Made by a program: the position numbers and the translations under genes. This document shows, piece by piece, positions 48,716 to 58,194 of a stretch of 64,000 nt of DNA; position 1 is the first letter of the stretch; each line of letters opens with the position of its first letter. Where the stretch lies: NCBI GenBank assembly GCA_963822445.1, contig CAWGHO010000002.1, forward strand, positions 1,024,001-1,088,000, read 5' to 3'. The notes beneath the pieces were generated by a model that worked only from the letters and a program-made list of their open reading frames with translations, made no database searches and had not been told where the DNA came from. This stretch comes from an uncultured Acidobacteriota bacterium. GTDB lineage: Bacteria; Acidobacteriota; Thermoanaerobaculia; Gp7-AA8.

Positions 48716-49735
48716 TCAGGAAGCCGCGGCCTCACGCGACGCGGCGTGCGTGTCTTCCCACTCCTCGGCCTCACGCGAGAAGAACTGCACGCGCGCTTTG
48801 CGGTACTCGCGGGTCGGGAAGAGCGCCTGCTTCTGCTCGACGCCGGTGTCGATGGCGAGGTCGTTGATGATCGACTCGCATTCATCGACCGAGCGGGCGT
48901 GGACGGTCGTGTAGACGTTGTACGGCCAGTCGCTGTAGACCGGGCGGCGATAGCAGTGCGAGACGGCCTTGTTCAGCGCGAACTTCGCGCCGACTTCGTC
49001 ACAGCGCTCGTCGGGAACGACCCAGACCCCCATCGTCGTGGCGGCGAAGCCCGACTTGCGCGTGTTGATCGAGGCGCTGAAGCGACGGATCTGGCCGCGC
49101 TTCTGAAGCGTGCGCGCGGCGGCGAGAAGCTCGTCCGCGGCGATGCCGGACGTGCGTGAGAGCACGTCGAAAGGCCGCGGCTGCAGCGGCAGATCGCGCT
49201 GCAGAAGCCGCACGCACTCGACTTCGAGCGGCGTCAGCGGGGTGTAGTCGTTGTGCGCGTCGGCGTCGGAATGCGTCTCGCCGTCGGAACCGCTGGTCTT
49301 GTACAGCTTCAACGTCGGCAGCGGACGCACGGCGTCGCATTCAGCGCTGGCGCCGAGGAGATCGATGGTCTTCTCGAGTCCGAGCTTGGATTCCGGCGAG
49401 ACGAAGATCGTGAACCAGAGATTGAAGTCGTTGTTGCGGCGGTAGTTCTGCGTCACGCCGGGATGCGCGTTGATCGCCGCGGCCGCGTCATCGATCCGAT
49501 CGGGACGCACGCGCGCCGCGACGAGACAGGAGCGGTAGCCGAGGGCACGGGAGTCGAAGTAGGCGGCGAGCTGCCGGATCACGCCCTCGCGTTTGAGACG
49601 CTCAGTGCGTTTGATCACTTCTTTTTCGGACATGTCGATCGACTGTCCAACGAATGCGAACGGGGTCGAAACGAGTGGAACATCCCCCTGCAGAGCGCCC
49701 AGCAGCTCCCTGTCCCGTTGATCGATGTCCTGCAT
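48716..49735 (-). CDS. Siroheme decarboxylase AhbA/AhbB (NirDL-like) fusion
   Basis: Two Lrp/AsnC-like halves; HPGVTQNYRR..FNLWFT; VSHCYRRP..WPYNVYTTVH. Confidence 0.85.
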   Translation of the reverse strand: MQDIDQRDRELLGALQGDVPLVSTPFAFVGQSIDMSEKEVIKRTERLKREGVIRQLAAYFDSRALGYRSCLVAARVRPDRIDDAAAAINAHPGVTQNYRRNNDFNLWFTIFVSPESKLGLEKTIDLLGASAECDAVRPLPTLKLYKTSGSDGETHSDADAHNDYTPLTPLEVECVRLLQRDLPLQPRPFDVLSRTSGIAADELLAAARTLQKRGQIRRFSASINTRKSGFAATTMGVWVVPDERCDEVGAKFALNKAVSHCYRRPVYSDWPYNVYTTVHARSVDECESIINDLAIDTGVEQKQALFPTREYRKARVQFFSREAEEWEDTHAASREAAAS

Positions 49736-50125
49736 TTATCCCCTCGGATTGCCGACGTTCCCGTGGGTTGAAAAGGAGCCTCGATTGTAGCCCAGCTTCG
49801 GGTACTCGTCGGGCTCGATTCGCTCTTCCTTCACGACGCGTTCCCGATGAATTGCCGCAGTTGCACAAGCCTCTGTGCGATTCACGTTCTCGTAATCACC
49901 TGGAAAGGGTTTCAGGCGTCCGAGAGCGGCATCGAACAGCCTCACAGCACCTCGCGGCGAGGTTCCGCGCTTGACGTGGTGATACGCGGCGGCGAGCTGA
50001 ATGAGGCCCTGCAGGAACTGTTTGCGATCGCCTTCGGCAGCGAGCCAGAGCTCCTCCCACGATTCATGCGCGTGCCAGAAATCGTGAGAGTTGAACTGGG
50101 CGATGCCCTTTTCGATGGCGTTCAA
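49736..50125 (-). CDS. DUF309 domain protein
   Basis: FNSHDFWHAHESWEELW, LQGLIQLAAA. Confidence 0.85.
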   Translation of the reverse strand: MNAIEKGIAQFNSHDFWHAHESWEELWLAAEGDRKQFLQGLIQLAAAYHHVKRGTSPRGAVRLFDAALGRLKPFPGDYENVNRTEACATAAIHRERVVKEERIEPDEYPKLGYNRGSFSTHGNVGNPRG

Positions 50126-51150
50126 TCCGACGCGCGCGTGCCCTTCTTCAAGACGTCGCAGATGGCGACCGTGAAGTCGGTCGTCGAGCCGGTGCCGCCG
50201 ATGTCGCGCGTGCGGTGCTCGTCGCCCATGCCGAGGACTTTGACGATCGCGTCGTGAATGCGCTTCGCGGGCTGCACTTCGCCGATGTGCTCGAGCATGA
50301 GCACCGCCGACTGCAGCAGCGCGAGCGGATTGGCCTTGTTCTGACCGGCGATGTCCGGTGCGCTGCCATGCACGGCCTCGAAGACCGCGCCGTTCGCGCC
50401 GATGTTCGCGCCGGCGACGACGCCCAAGCCTCCCACGAGACCGGCGGTGAGGTCGGAAACGATATCGCCGTAGAGATTCTCGAGCAGCAGGATGTCGAAC
50501 TGATTGGGATCGGTCACGAGCTGCATGCAGAGGTTGTCGACGATCTTGTCGTCGGCCTCGATGTTCGGGTAATCCGCGGCCACTTCCCGGAAGCACTGCA
50601 GGAACAGACCGTCCGAGAGCTTCATGATGTTGGCCTTGTGAACGGCGGTGATGCGCTTGCGGCCGTTCACCCGCGCGTATTCGAAGGCGAATTTGGCGAT
50701 GTTCGTCGAGGCCTTGCGGGTGATGATCTTCAGCGACTCGACCACACCCGGCACAACCTCGTGCTCGAGACCTGCGTAAAGGCTTTCCGTGTTCTCGCGA
50801 ACGACGATGAGGTCGATATCTTCGTAGCGCGTCTTGATGTTCGGCAGCGACTTCACCGGCCGCAGGTTCGCGTAAAGGTCGAGGGTCTTGCGCAGGCGGA
50901 CGTTGATGGACGCGAAGCCCGTCCCGATGGGCGTCGTGACCGGTCCTTTGAGCGCGACCTTGTTCCGCACGATCGAATCGAGAACCTCCTGCGGCAACGG
51001 GTCGCCGGACCGCGTCAGCGCTTCCGCGCCGACGAAGTACTTCTCCCACTCCACGTCGACGCCGGCGCACTCGATGATCTGCACCACCGCCGCCGTGACT
51101 TCAGGGCCGATCCCGTCGCCGGGCAGAAGGGTGATCTTGTGTTTTGCCAT
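50122..51150 (-). CDS. Isocitrate/isopropylmalate dehydrogenase family (NAD-dependent IDH type)
   Basis: PGDGIGPE, RENTE, HKANIMK, NLYGDIVSD, EAVHGSAPDIAG. Confidence 0.93.
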   Translation of the reverse strand: MAKHKITLLPGDGIGPEVTAAVVQIIECAGVDVEWEKYFVGAEALTRSGDPLPQEVLDSIVRNKVALKGPVTTPIGTGFASINVRLRKTLDLYANLRPVKSLPNIKTRYEDIDLIVVRENTESLYAGLEHEVVPGVVESLKIITRKASTNIAKFAFEYARVNGRKRITAVHKANIMKLSDGLFLQCFREVAADYPNIEADDKIVDNLCMQLVTDPNQFDILLLENLYGDIVSDLTAGLVGGLGVVAGANIGANGAVFEAVHGSAPDIAGQNKANPLALLQSAVLMLEHIGEVQPAKRIHDAIVKVLGMGDEHRTRDIGGTGSTTDFTVAICDVLKKGTRASD

Positions 51151-51153
51151 TGA

Positions 51154-52125
51154 TTACTCCCTGTTCAATTGTTGTGCACGCGTGCGTGCGGCGTCGAGGT
51201 CGAATCGCAGCGGGAAGGCCGCGGTCAACGCGGCGTACTCCGGCAGCTCGGCGATGCAGCGCTCGATGCTCTCCAGGGTGGCCGGGATGAATTCGAGGTA
51301 GTGCATCCTGCCGCGGACGATGGGCTGCTTGGCGAAGGTGCCGAGAATCTTGATGGATCGCTGGAGAAGGGTCTCGAAGTAGCGGCGGCGGATGTCGCCG
51401 TCCGCACCGCGAAGGTCCCGGTAGTACTCGAGCAACTCGAGCTCCGTGTCGTCGCCAAGGATGCGGGCCTGTCCGCGGTCGCGAAGGAGGGAGGCCAGGT
51501 CGTACGTGTCAGGACCCATTCTCAGGTCCTGATAATCGATCAAAAAAAGCTCGCCCTTTAAAACATGAACGTTTTGACCATGAAAATCGCGATGACATAA
51601 CACGTATGGATGCTGTGCGATGTTATCCGAGACCGTTTTCAGCAACGATCGCAGTTCTCCGGACGGCGCGCCCATCAGCTTTTCGACGTAGAACTCGACG
51701 GCCATCTCCAGCTCGGAGCTGAAGAACCCGGCGGTGAACGGCGCATTGATCGCGCACTGCGCGTTCTGAAATCGGACCAGCAGCTCGACGGCCCGGCGAT
51801 AGAGCTTCAGCCCTTCTTCGCGATCGTGGTGAAGGACGTCGAAGATGCTGCGATCCCCGACATCCTGCTGCAGGGTGATGACTTCGCCGTGGTGCAGGAT
51901 CCGGGGAACGGGACCGTGCGGCGAGACCGCCTCGAACGCACCCAGGACGCGGCCCAACTGCGAGCGCACCTCCTCGGGGTAGTACGTGGCGATGTAGCTC
52001 GTCCCATCTTCGGCGGTGACGCGGTAATACGCGCGCACTGACGCATCGCCGGCGAGCGGCCGGGCCGACCAGCGCGGCCCGAGCCATTGGTTCAACTGTT
52101 CCGTTGCGTCGGGAGGAAGGCTCAC
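51154..52125 (-). CDS. Aminoglycoside-phosphotransferase family kinase (AmgK-like)
   Basis: LAGDASVRAYYR, HRDFHGQN, IDYQD, YDLASLLRD. Confidence 0.85.
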   Translation of the reverse strand: MSLPPDATEQLNQWLGPRWSARPLAGDASVRAYYRVTAEDGTSYIATYYPEEVRSQLGRVLGAFEAVSPHGPVPRILHHGEVITLQQDVGDRSIFDVLHHDREEGLKLYRRAVELLVRFQNAQCAINAPFTAGFFSSELEMAVEFYVEKLMGAPSGELRSLLKTVSDNIAQHPYVLCHRDFHGQNVHVLKGELFLIDYQDLRMGPDTYDLASLLRDRGQARILGDDTELELLEYYRDLRGADGDIRRRYFETLLQRSIKILGTFAKQPIVRGRMHYLEFIPATLESIERCIAELPEYAALTAAFPLRFDLDAARTRAQQLNRE

Positions 52126-52131
52126 TGGCGT

Positions 52132-52656
52132 TTACTTCGCCGGCTTCTTCTCATCCTCGCGCGCATCCCGGATGGTCACCTTGGTGATGGAGGTCGGGTT
52201 GTTCGGGCGATCGTTGGCGTCGCGCGGCGCGGCGACGATCTTGTCCGCCACGTCCATTCCTTTAATGACCTCGCCGTAAACCGTGTACTGCCGGTCGAGG
52301 AACGGCGAGTCGGCGACGACGATGAAGAACTGCGACGAGGCGCTGTTCGGGTCCTGCGTGCGCGCGGCGGAAATGATGCCCCGCTTGTGGGAGATGCTGT
52401 TGAACTCGGCCTTGATCTTGTTCGGCGAGCCGCCCGTGCCCCAGGTGTTCGGATTGCCGGAGATCGTGTTCGGATCGCCGACCTGAATCATGAAGCCGGG
52501 GATGACCCGGTGGAACTTGATGCCCTCGTAGAAGCCCTTGTTCGCGAGGTCGATGAAGTTCTTCACGTGATTCGGGGCGACGTCCGGGAAGAAGCGGATG
52601 TGAATGTCTCCCGCGGTGGTCTGGAGCTCGGCGACTTTGTTCTCGTATTCGCTCAT
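52132..52656 (-). CDS. Cyclophilin-type peptidyl-prolyl isomerase (cytoplasmic)
   Basis: FHRVIPGFMIQ, SASSQFFI, YTVYGEV. Confidence 0.95.
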   Translation of the reverse strand: MSEYENKVAELQTTAGDIHIRFFPDVAPNHVKNFIDLANKGFYEGIKFHRVIPGFMIQVGDPNTISGNPNTWGTGGSPNKIKAEFNSISHKRGIISAARTQDPNSASSQFFIVVADSPFLDRQYTVYGEVIKGMDVADKIVAAPRDANDRPNNPTSITKVTIRDAREDEKKPAK

Positions 52657-52665
52657 GGATTTCCC

Positions 52666-53364
52666 CTACTGCGGAAGCGGGCCCAACTCGCCGGCACGCG
52701 CGTCGCGGATGATGACCTTGGTGATGGACGCCGGGTTGTTGGGACGATCGCTGGCATCGCGGGGAGCGGCCACGATCTTGTCCGCCACTTCCATGCCTTT
52801 GATGACCTCGCCGTAAACGGTGTACTTGTTGTCGAGGAAATTGGAGTCGGCAACGACGATGAAGAACTGCGATGAGGCGCTGTTCGGATCGTTCGTGCGC
52901 GCCGCGGAAATGATGCCGCGCTTGTGGGGAATGCTGTTGAACTCGGCCATGACCTTGTTCGGCGAGCCGCCGCTGCCCCAGGTCGCCGGATCGCCGGAGA
53001 TCGTGTTCGGATCGCCCACCTGAATCATGAAGCCGGGGATGACCCGGTGAAACTTGATGCCCTCGTAGAAGCCGCTCTGCGCGAGGTCGATGAAGTTCTT
53101 CACGTGGTTCGGGGCAACATGCGGGAAGAAGCGGATGTGAATGTCCCCCTCCGTGGTCTGAATCTCGGCGACTTTGTTCTCGTAGCCGGCGACAGACCCC
53201 ACGGGCGCGGCCGTCGGAGTCGTATCGGTGGCCGGCGGCTCCGCCGCCAGCGTTTCCGTGGCGGTAGTCGTCGTGGCTTCGGCCGTGGTTGTGGTCGTGT
53301 CGCTGGTCTGGGAACAGGCGCCGAGGGCGAGCACGACGACGAGAGAGTAGAAGAGTGGTTTCAC
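52666..53364 (-). CDS. Cyclophilin-type PPIase, lipoprotein paralog
   Basis: Lipobox LGAC, Thr-rich linker, and a catalytic domain nearly identical to its neighbour. Confidence 0.93.
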   Translation of the reverse strand: MKPLFYSLVVVLALGACSQTSDTTTTTAEATTTTATETLAAEPPATDTTPTAAPVGSVAGYENKVAEIQTTEGDIHIRFFPHVAPNHVKNFIDLAQSGFYEGIKFHRVIPGFMIQVGDPNTISGDPATWGSGGSPNKVMAEFNSIPHKRGIISAARTNDPNSASSQFFIVVADSNFLDNKYTVYGEVIKGMEVADKIVAAPRDASDRPNNPASITKVIIRDARAGELGPLPQ

Positions 53365-53443
53365 ATCAACCTCCTGAGGGATATCGCTTTAGCGGGCGCG
53401 GATGCTACCACGCGTCCCGGGCGTCGCAATTAGCGTGCGCGCT

Positions 53444-55018
53444 TCAGCGGGGGACGACGGTCGGACCGATCGGACCGGTGGTGATCCGGATACCGCCGTC
53501 GGTCGCTTCGAGCACCATCCGGTCGCCGCCGCCGTTGATCTTGCCGGTGGCGCGGATGCGGGTCTTGTCGCCCACCTGCTCGCGGCTGATGGAAAGGCCC
53601 GGGATGTCGGACTTGATCGCATGCGCGGCCGGATCGCTGGTGAGGATGGTCGCCTCGACGTCCGCGCCGAACCGCTCGCTGACATGCACGACCACGTTGC
53701 CTTTGCCGCTCTTGCCCGTGACCGCGTGCGACTTCACGATCGGATCCATGGTGATGAACACGTCGCCCGAGCTCGTTTCGGCGTTGACCGGGCCCGCGGC
53801 CTGGCTGACGGTGATGTCGCCGCCGCCGGAGACGAGCCGCGTCGGACCGCTCGTGTAGAGCAGACGGATCGTTCCGCCCTGCGTGGCGATCTGCCCGCCT
53901 CGCCGCGCGGCATCCACGAAGATGTCGCCCGCGGTCGTGGTCGCGACCAGCGGTCCCAGGATCTCGCCGAGGCGCAGGGGACCGCCGTGCGAACGGACCT
54001 TGAGCGAGCCGTGCACCGCACCGAGCTGCACCTGTCCCGCGCCGGTGAAGATGTCGCCGTTGCCGCGGATCTCCTGGATCAACACGTCGCCAATGCTCGT
54101 GGCGTAGGTGTACGCGCTCTCGACGACGGTCAGCTTGATGTCCTGCCGTCCGGCGACGGACGGACCGCGACGGCCAGTGTTGACCGGCGTCGGCGTGGTC
54201 TGCCGCGGACGAGGCGGCGCATGCTTCGCGACGAGCGATTGCGGAACGGGGTATGGCGGTGAATTCGACAGCAGCTCGATGTGCCCCATCAGCGTGCCGA
54301 CGGTGATGGTCGGGCCGCCGGGCGCGTTCACGCTGCCGCGGAAGGTGGTGGCAAAGAACGCCCCGCGCGCCGGCAGATTGGTCTTGATGTCGCCCTTGAC
54401 GGTTTCCGCGACGATGCGGAAATCGACGTCGGGCCGGACGTGCACCTGGATGTTGCCGTTCACGGTCGACAGGGTGGCGTTTCGCGTGGGCCGGGGCGTC
54501 GAATAGATCACCGAACCGTTCACGCTCTCCACCGTGGCCGCGCCCTGAACGTTCTCGAGCACGATCTCGCCGTTCACGTTCTTGACGATGACCGTGCCGG
54601 TGATGTTCGCGACGCGGATGCGGTCGCTGGAGTTGGAAATGATGCGGATGTGCGTCGAGCGGGGCACTTTGACGCGCCAGGCGACGCGGCTCGACCAGCT
54701 GCGGCTGGCGACCGCCGGAATGGCCGTGCGAAGGACGCGGGTCATTTCGTCGCCGCCGGTGATCAGGGTCGTGTTCTGGCGGCCTTCCTCGATGGCGGTG
54801 TCGTCGACGGCGACTACGGTCTTCATCACGACCGTGTCGATGTCGGTCCTGTCGCTGCCGATCACCTCGATGTCGCCGACGGGGTTCTCGAGGACCAGTG
54901 CACCGCCGGCGCGGAACGGGAACTTCTGCTCCACCCGGAAGTTCTTCCGGACATTGGCGGCGCTCGCGGCTCCTGTAGCCGCGATGAGCGTCGCGAGGAT
55001 GAGGGATCGGATCTTCAT
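53444..55018 (-). CDS. Secreted DUF4097-type beta-strand repeat protein
   Basis: Signal peptide; NVNGEI/TVNGNI/TSSGD repeats; coupled to the anti-sigma gene. Confidence 0.8.
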   Translation of the reverse strand: MKIRSLILATLIAATGAASAANVRKNFRVEQKFPFRAGGALVLENPVGDIEVIGSDRTDIDTVVMKTVVAVDDTAIEEGRQNTTLITGGDEMTRVLRTAIPAVASRSWSSRVAWRVKVPRSTHIRIISNSSDRIRVANITGTVIVKNVNGEIVLENVQGAATVESVNGSVIYSTPRPTRNATLSTVNGNIQVHVRPDVDFRIVAETVKGDIKTNLPARGAFFATTFRGSVNAPGGPTITVGTLMGHIELLSNSPPYPVPQSLVAKHAPPRPRQTTPTPVNTGRRGPSVAGRQDIKLTVVESAYTYATSIGDVLIQEIRGNGDIFTGAGQVQLGAVHGSLKVRSHGGPLRLGEILGPLVATTTAGDIFVDAARRGGQIATQGGTIRLLYTSGPTRLVSGGGDITVSQAAGPVNAETSSGDVFITMDPIVKSHAVTGKSGKGNVVVHVSERFGADVEATILTSDPAAHAIKSDIPGLSISREQVGDKTRIRATGKINGGGDRMVLEATDGGIRITTGPIGPTVVPR

Positions 55019-56049
55019 CAGTTGATCGGTTTGATGCTGCTCAATGCCTCTGCCGCTTTCACGCGGACGTAGAGGTTCTCGTCATCCTGCGATGCCTTCT
55101 GCCGGAGCGTGTCCACCATGCCGGCGTCGAGATGCACGCCGCTCTGGGCCATGTTCGCGAGGGCCTCCACGGCCTTCATGCGCACGGCCGGATTCGGGTC
55201 GCTCTTGAGCGCGGAGATCAGCGCGTCGCGGGTCTGCATGGCAATGGCCGGCGGCAGGGTGGTCAGCGTCTCGACGGCGCGAAGGCGAACGCCCTCGTTG
55301 CCGTCGCTGCGCAGCACCTTGGCCAGCGCGTTGGCGATCTCCGGATCGGCGTTGGCCGGATCGGAGTAGGTACGGCGGACCCAGTCGATGGTCGTCGACC
55401 GCGGGGTCATGGTCTCTTCGTTCTCGAGCATGTAGGACAGCAGGCGGACCATGCTCTTGTCGCGCGGGTTTCCGGTGACGGTCCAGCGCGAGCTGATGTC
55501 GAACTCGACGCCGATCTGGTCGTCACTTGCGTCGGTATCGAGGAAGCGGACGTTGGTGATGTTGGGGCGGCCCTGGATCTCGGGCGCGATCGCATTCGCG
55601 TCGAGCACCCGCGTCTCGGCGATGGGCATCAGCAGCTTCTGCGTGGAGACCGGCGTGACTTCGGAAATCGTCGCCGGCTGCGAGGTGACGCGCACCGGCT
55701 CGCGGCGTCCGGCGAAGTAACCGCCGCCCACGAGAACGGCGACGGCCGCGGCCTGAGCGACCCACTTGAAGGCGGGCTTGCTGCGGAAGGGAACGACGTT
55801 GCTGTTCCGTTTGTCTTCTTCGCGCTGGGCGATACCGGCAGCGGCCAGGAAACGCGCCTTCGCGCGGGCCGGCACGGCCACTTCGGGCAGGTCATCCATG
55901 ACCCGCCAGGTCTCGCGATACGCGGTCCACTCGCTGCTGCAGACTTCGCAGCTTTCGATGTGCTGATGCGTCGTCTCCCGCCGGACCGGGTCGAGCGACT
56001 CGGTCAGAAGGAGCGGCAGGTTTTCTCTCAGGGCACTGCATTCAGACAT
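55018..56049 (-). CDS. Anti-sigma factor (zf-HC2, TM, HEAT repeats)
   Basis: HIESCEVC HxxxCxxC; TM helix; DPNPAVRMKAVEAL repeats. Confidence 0.88.
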   Translation of the reverse strand: MSECSALRENLPLLLTESLDPVRRETTHQHIESCEVCSSEWTAYRETWRVMDDLPEVAVPARAKARFLAAAGIAQREEDKRNSNVVPFRSKPAFKWVAQAAAVAVLVGGGYFAGRREPVRVTSQPATISEVTPVSTQKLLMPIAETRVLDANAIAPEIQGRPNITNVRFLDTDASDDQIGVEFDISSRWTVTGNPRDKSMVRLLSYMLENEETMTPRSTTIDWVRRTYSDPANADPEIANALAKVLRSDGNEGVRLRAVETLTTLPPAIAMQTRDALISALKSDPNPAVRMKAVEALANMAQSGVHLDAGMVDTLRQKASQDDENLYVRVKAAEALSSIKPIN

Positions 56050-56106
56050 CGGTCACCTCGCCGGTACGACCGGCAGCGCTGATTCCTCCGCCGTTTTTCA
56101 AGATCT

Positions 56107-56742
56107 TCATGGCCTCACCATCTCCGGCTTCGGGCGGCGCAGCGCGCCTGGCGTTTCCGCATCTCCCAAACCCGTAAGTGCTCGTTTCAACGTTTCCATC
56201 GCCCGGAAGACCCGCGTTTTCACAGCGCCCTCCGAGCAGCCGGCGATCTGCGCGATCTCGGCGTACGACAACCCCTGATAACGCGAGAGAAGAATGGCCT
56301 CGCGCTGCTCCGGGGTCAGCTCGTCGAGCGCGCGCCGCACCCGCTGTTCGTTCTCGCGTTTCTCGAGATTGCGGTCCGGCGAAAGCTCGCTCGGTGCCGG
56401 CAGACTGACCAGCACGTCTTCACTTTCCTTGTACTTGTTGTCCGCTTTCCTCAGGTAATCGCGGCACCAGTTGGCGGTGATGGAAAACAGCCAGGTGGAC
56501 AGCTTTGCATCTCCATGGAACTGGTTGGCGTACTTGAGCATCTTCACGAACACTTCCTGCACCGCGTCCTCGGCCGCCTCGGCGTTCTTCAGGAATCGAA
56601 ACGCGAAGTTGTAAATGCGTCCGCTGTATCGGTCGTAAATCTCCGACGCAGGGGAGTAATCGCCCGCCTGAACGATACGCATCAGTTCCTGATCGCTCAG
56701 GTGTTTCATATCCCCTGTTTCTGTGCCTTTGGACGCGGCCAT
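56107..56742 (-). CDS. ECF RNA polymerase sigma factor
   Basis: AEDAVQEVF, TWLFSITAN, GLSYAEIA..GAVKTRVFRA. Confidence 0.95.
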   Translation of the reverse strand: MAASKGTETGDMKHLSDQELMRIVQAGDYSPASEIYDRYSGRIYNFAFRFLKNAEAAEDAVQEVFVKMLKYANQFHGDAKLSTWLFSITANWCRDYLRKADNKYKESEDVLVSLPAPSELSPDRNLEKRENEQRVRRALDELTPEQREAILLSRYQGLSYAEIAQIAGCSEGAVKTRVFRAMETLKRALTGLGDAETPGALRRPKPEMVRP

Positions 56743-56768
56743 GATGGAAAGGTTACGGGCGAAACGCC

Positions 56769-57941
56769 CTACGCAGCGGCCGGAACAGGGATGGCCGTCA
56801 CTTCATTCGATAACGGCTGAGGACGCTCCACGGCCACGGCGATCATCGCGCACAGATTCATCGTCAGGTAGAAGACCTCGGTGTCCCCCCAGTTGAACTC
56901 GAAAAGTCCCGCGACGGTCAGGGCGACGATGATGGCGATCCCCATGTCGGCGTACATCCGGTTCGGGCCGTTCCGGGCAAGGGCGCACTCCCGGAGGAAC
57001 AGGGCGAGGAACAGCAGGTAGGCGGTCAGGCCGAGGATGCCGCGCTCGGCCCAGATCTGGACGGCATTGTTGTGGAGGTGGGCCGGGCGGACGCGCGGCG
57101 CGTCGTGCTTCTTGTAAAGCGCGTACACCTCCTTCACGTTCGCCGGCCCGACGCCGAAAACGGGGAAGTCCTTGATCATCTCCACGCCCGCCTCGAGCAT
57201 CCGCAGGCGGTCGAAGTTCGACTCGAGCTTCATGTCCCAGGTCGACGTGAGCCGGCTGAAGAGGTTCATCGGCAGAAACGAGACGAAGATCAGCAAGGCC
57301 GCGGGTACGTAGTAGCGGATCTGCGTCCGGGTCAGCATCAGCAGCACGAACACCGCGGCGCCCCATCCCAGCCAGACGCTTCGGGTCAGGGTCAGCAGAA
57401 GAGCGACCGTGATCAACAGCGCGACGCCGAGCTGCCACCACTTCCGCTGGTAGAGCCAGAGGATGATGAAGAGCAGGGACATCGGCAGGATGAGGTTCGA
57501 ATAGGTCATGACGTGGCTGCTCGGCCCGTTCATGCGGTGCTCGAGGTCGCGCTGGCCGAGGAAGAAGAATTCGAGGAGACCCCAGACGGCCATGCCGCCG
57601 CCGAAGAGGACCGAGGCGTAGAGCATCGCCTGGCGCAGCCGCGGCACGTTGCGGTGGAGGATCACCGCCGCGGGGAAGATCAGCATCTTGAACCAGAGCA
57701 TGGCCTCGAAGGCCTGATGGACGCGGCGCTCGGCCAGGAGCGCGGAGCCGGTCGAAGCGATGCCGTAGAGGATCAGCGGGAAGTAGAGGATGTGCCAGGA
57801 AAAGCGGACTTCCTTTTTGGCGATGGCCCAGCCGAGGGTGAAGATCGTCCAGAACGCGAGGTTCTCGCAGAGGGCGGTCTTGGCTTCGAGGAGAAAGTGG
57901 AGGACGTAGATTACGGCGGAGGCTTTTAGAAGCTTACTCAA
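56769..57941 (-). CDS. O-antigen ligase family membrane protein
   Basis: Multiple TM helices; LTRSVW, FGVG, HLHNN..AERG. Confidence 0.88.
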   Translation of the reverse strand: MSKLLKASAVIYVLHFLLEAKTALCENLAFWTIFTLGWAIAKKEVRFSWHILYFPLILYGIASTGSALLAERRVHQAFEAMLWFKMLIFPAAVILHRNVPRLRQAMLYASVLFGGGMAVWGLLEFFFLGQRDLEHRMNGPSSHVMTYSNLILPMSLLFIILWLYQRKWWQLGVALLITVALLLTLTRSVWLGWGAAVFVLLMLTRTQIRYYVPAALLIFVSFLPMNLFSRLTSTWDMKLESNFDRLRMLEAGVEMIKDFPVFGVGPANVKEVYALYKKHDAPRVRPAHLHNNAVQIWAERGILGLTAYLLFLALFLRECALARNGPNRMYADMGIAIIVALTVAGLFEFNWGDTEVFYLTMNLCAMIAVAVERPQPLSNEVTAIPVPAAA

Positions 57942-58167
57942 ACGCCTCTTCCACGAGCATTACCGGGATGTCACTGACGATGGGGTAGACGCGGCGGCAC
58001 TTGACGCACTGCAGCCCCTGCTCGACGACCGGCTCTTCGTTGCGGAACTTCTCGCGGAACTTGTCGCGCGTGGCGGAGCGCTGCGGGTCCGTGAGAGGAA
58101 CGAGCTTGACCTCCTCCTTGCAGAGTGGGCACGCGAGAATCTCGAGTAATTCCTGATCGACCGCCAT
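57934..58167 (-). CDS. Trm112 family protein
   Basis: LLEILACPLCK...CVKCRRVYPIVSDIPVML. Confidence 0.88.
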   Translation of the reverse strand: MAVDQELLEILACPLCKEEVKLVPLTDPQRSATRDKFREKFRNEEPVVEQGLQCVKCRRVYPIVSDIPVMLVEEAFE

Positions 58168-58194
58168 GGCGCGGCGAAGTATAACGAAAGCCGA

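Noticed and set aside
49736-51070. 444 aa ORF apparently fusing an unknown domain to DUF309
   Set aside because: The upstream part is an alternative frame of the IDH gene; the real gene starts near 50125.
51591-51635. Possible dif (XerCD) site in the AT-rich patch
   Set aside because: Only half-site-like similarity; the two arms are not arranged around a 6-bp spacer.
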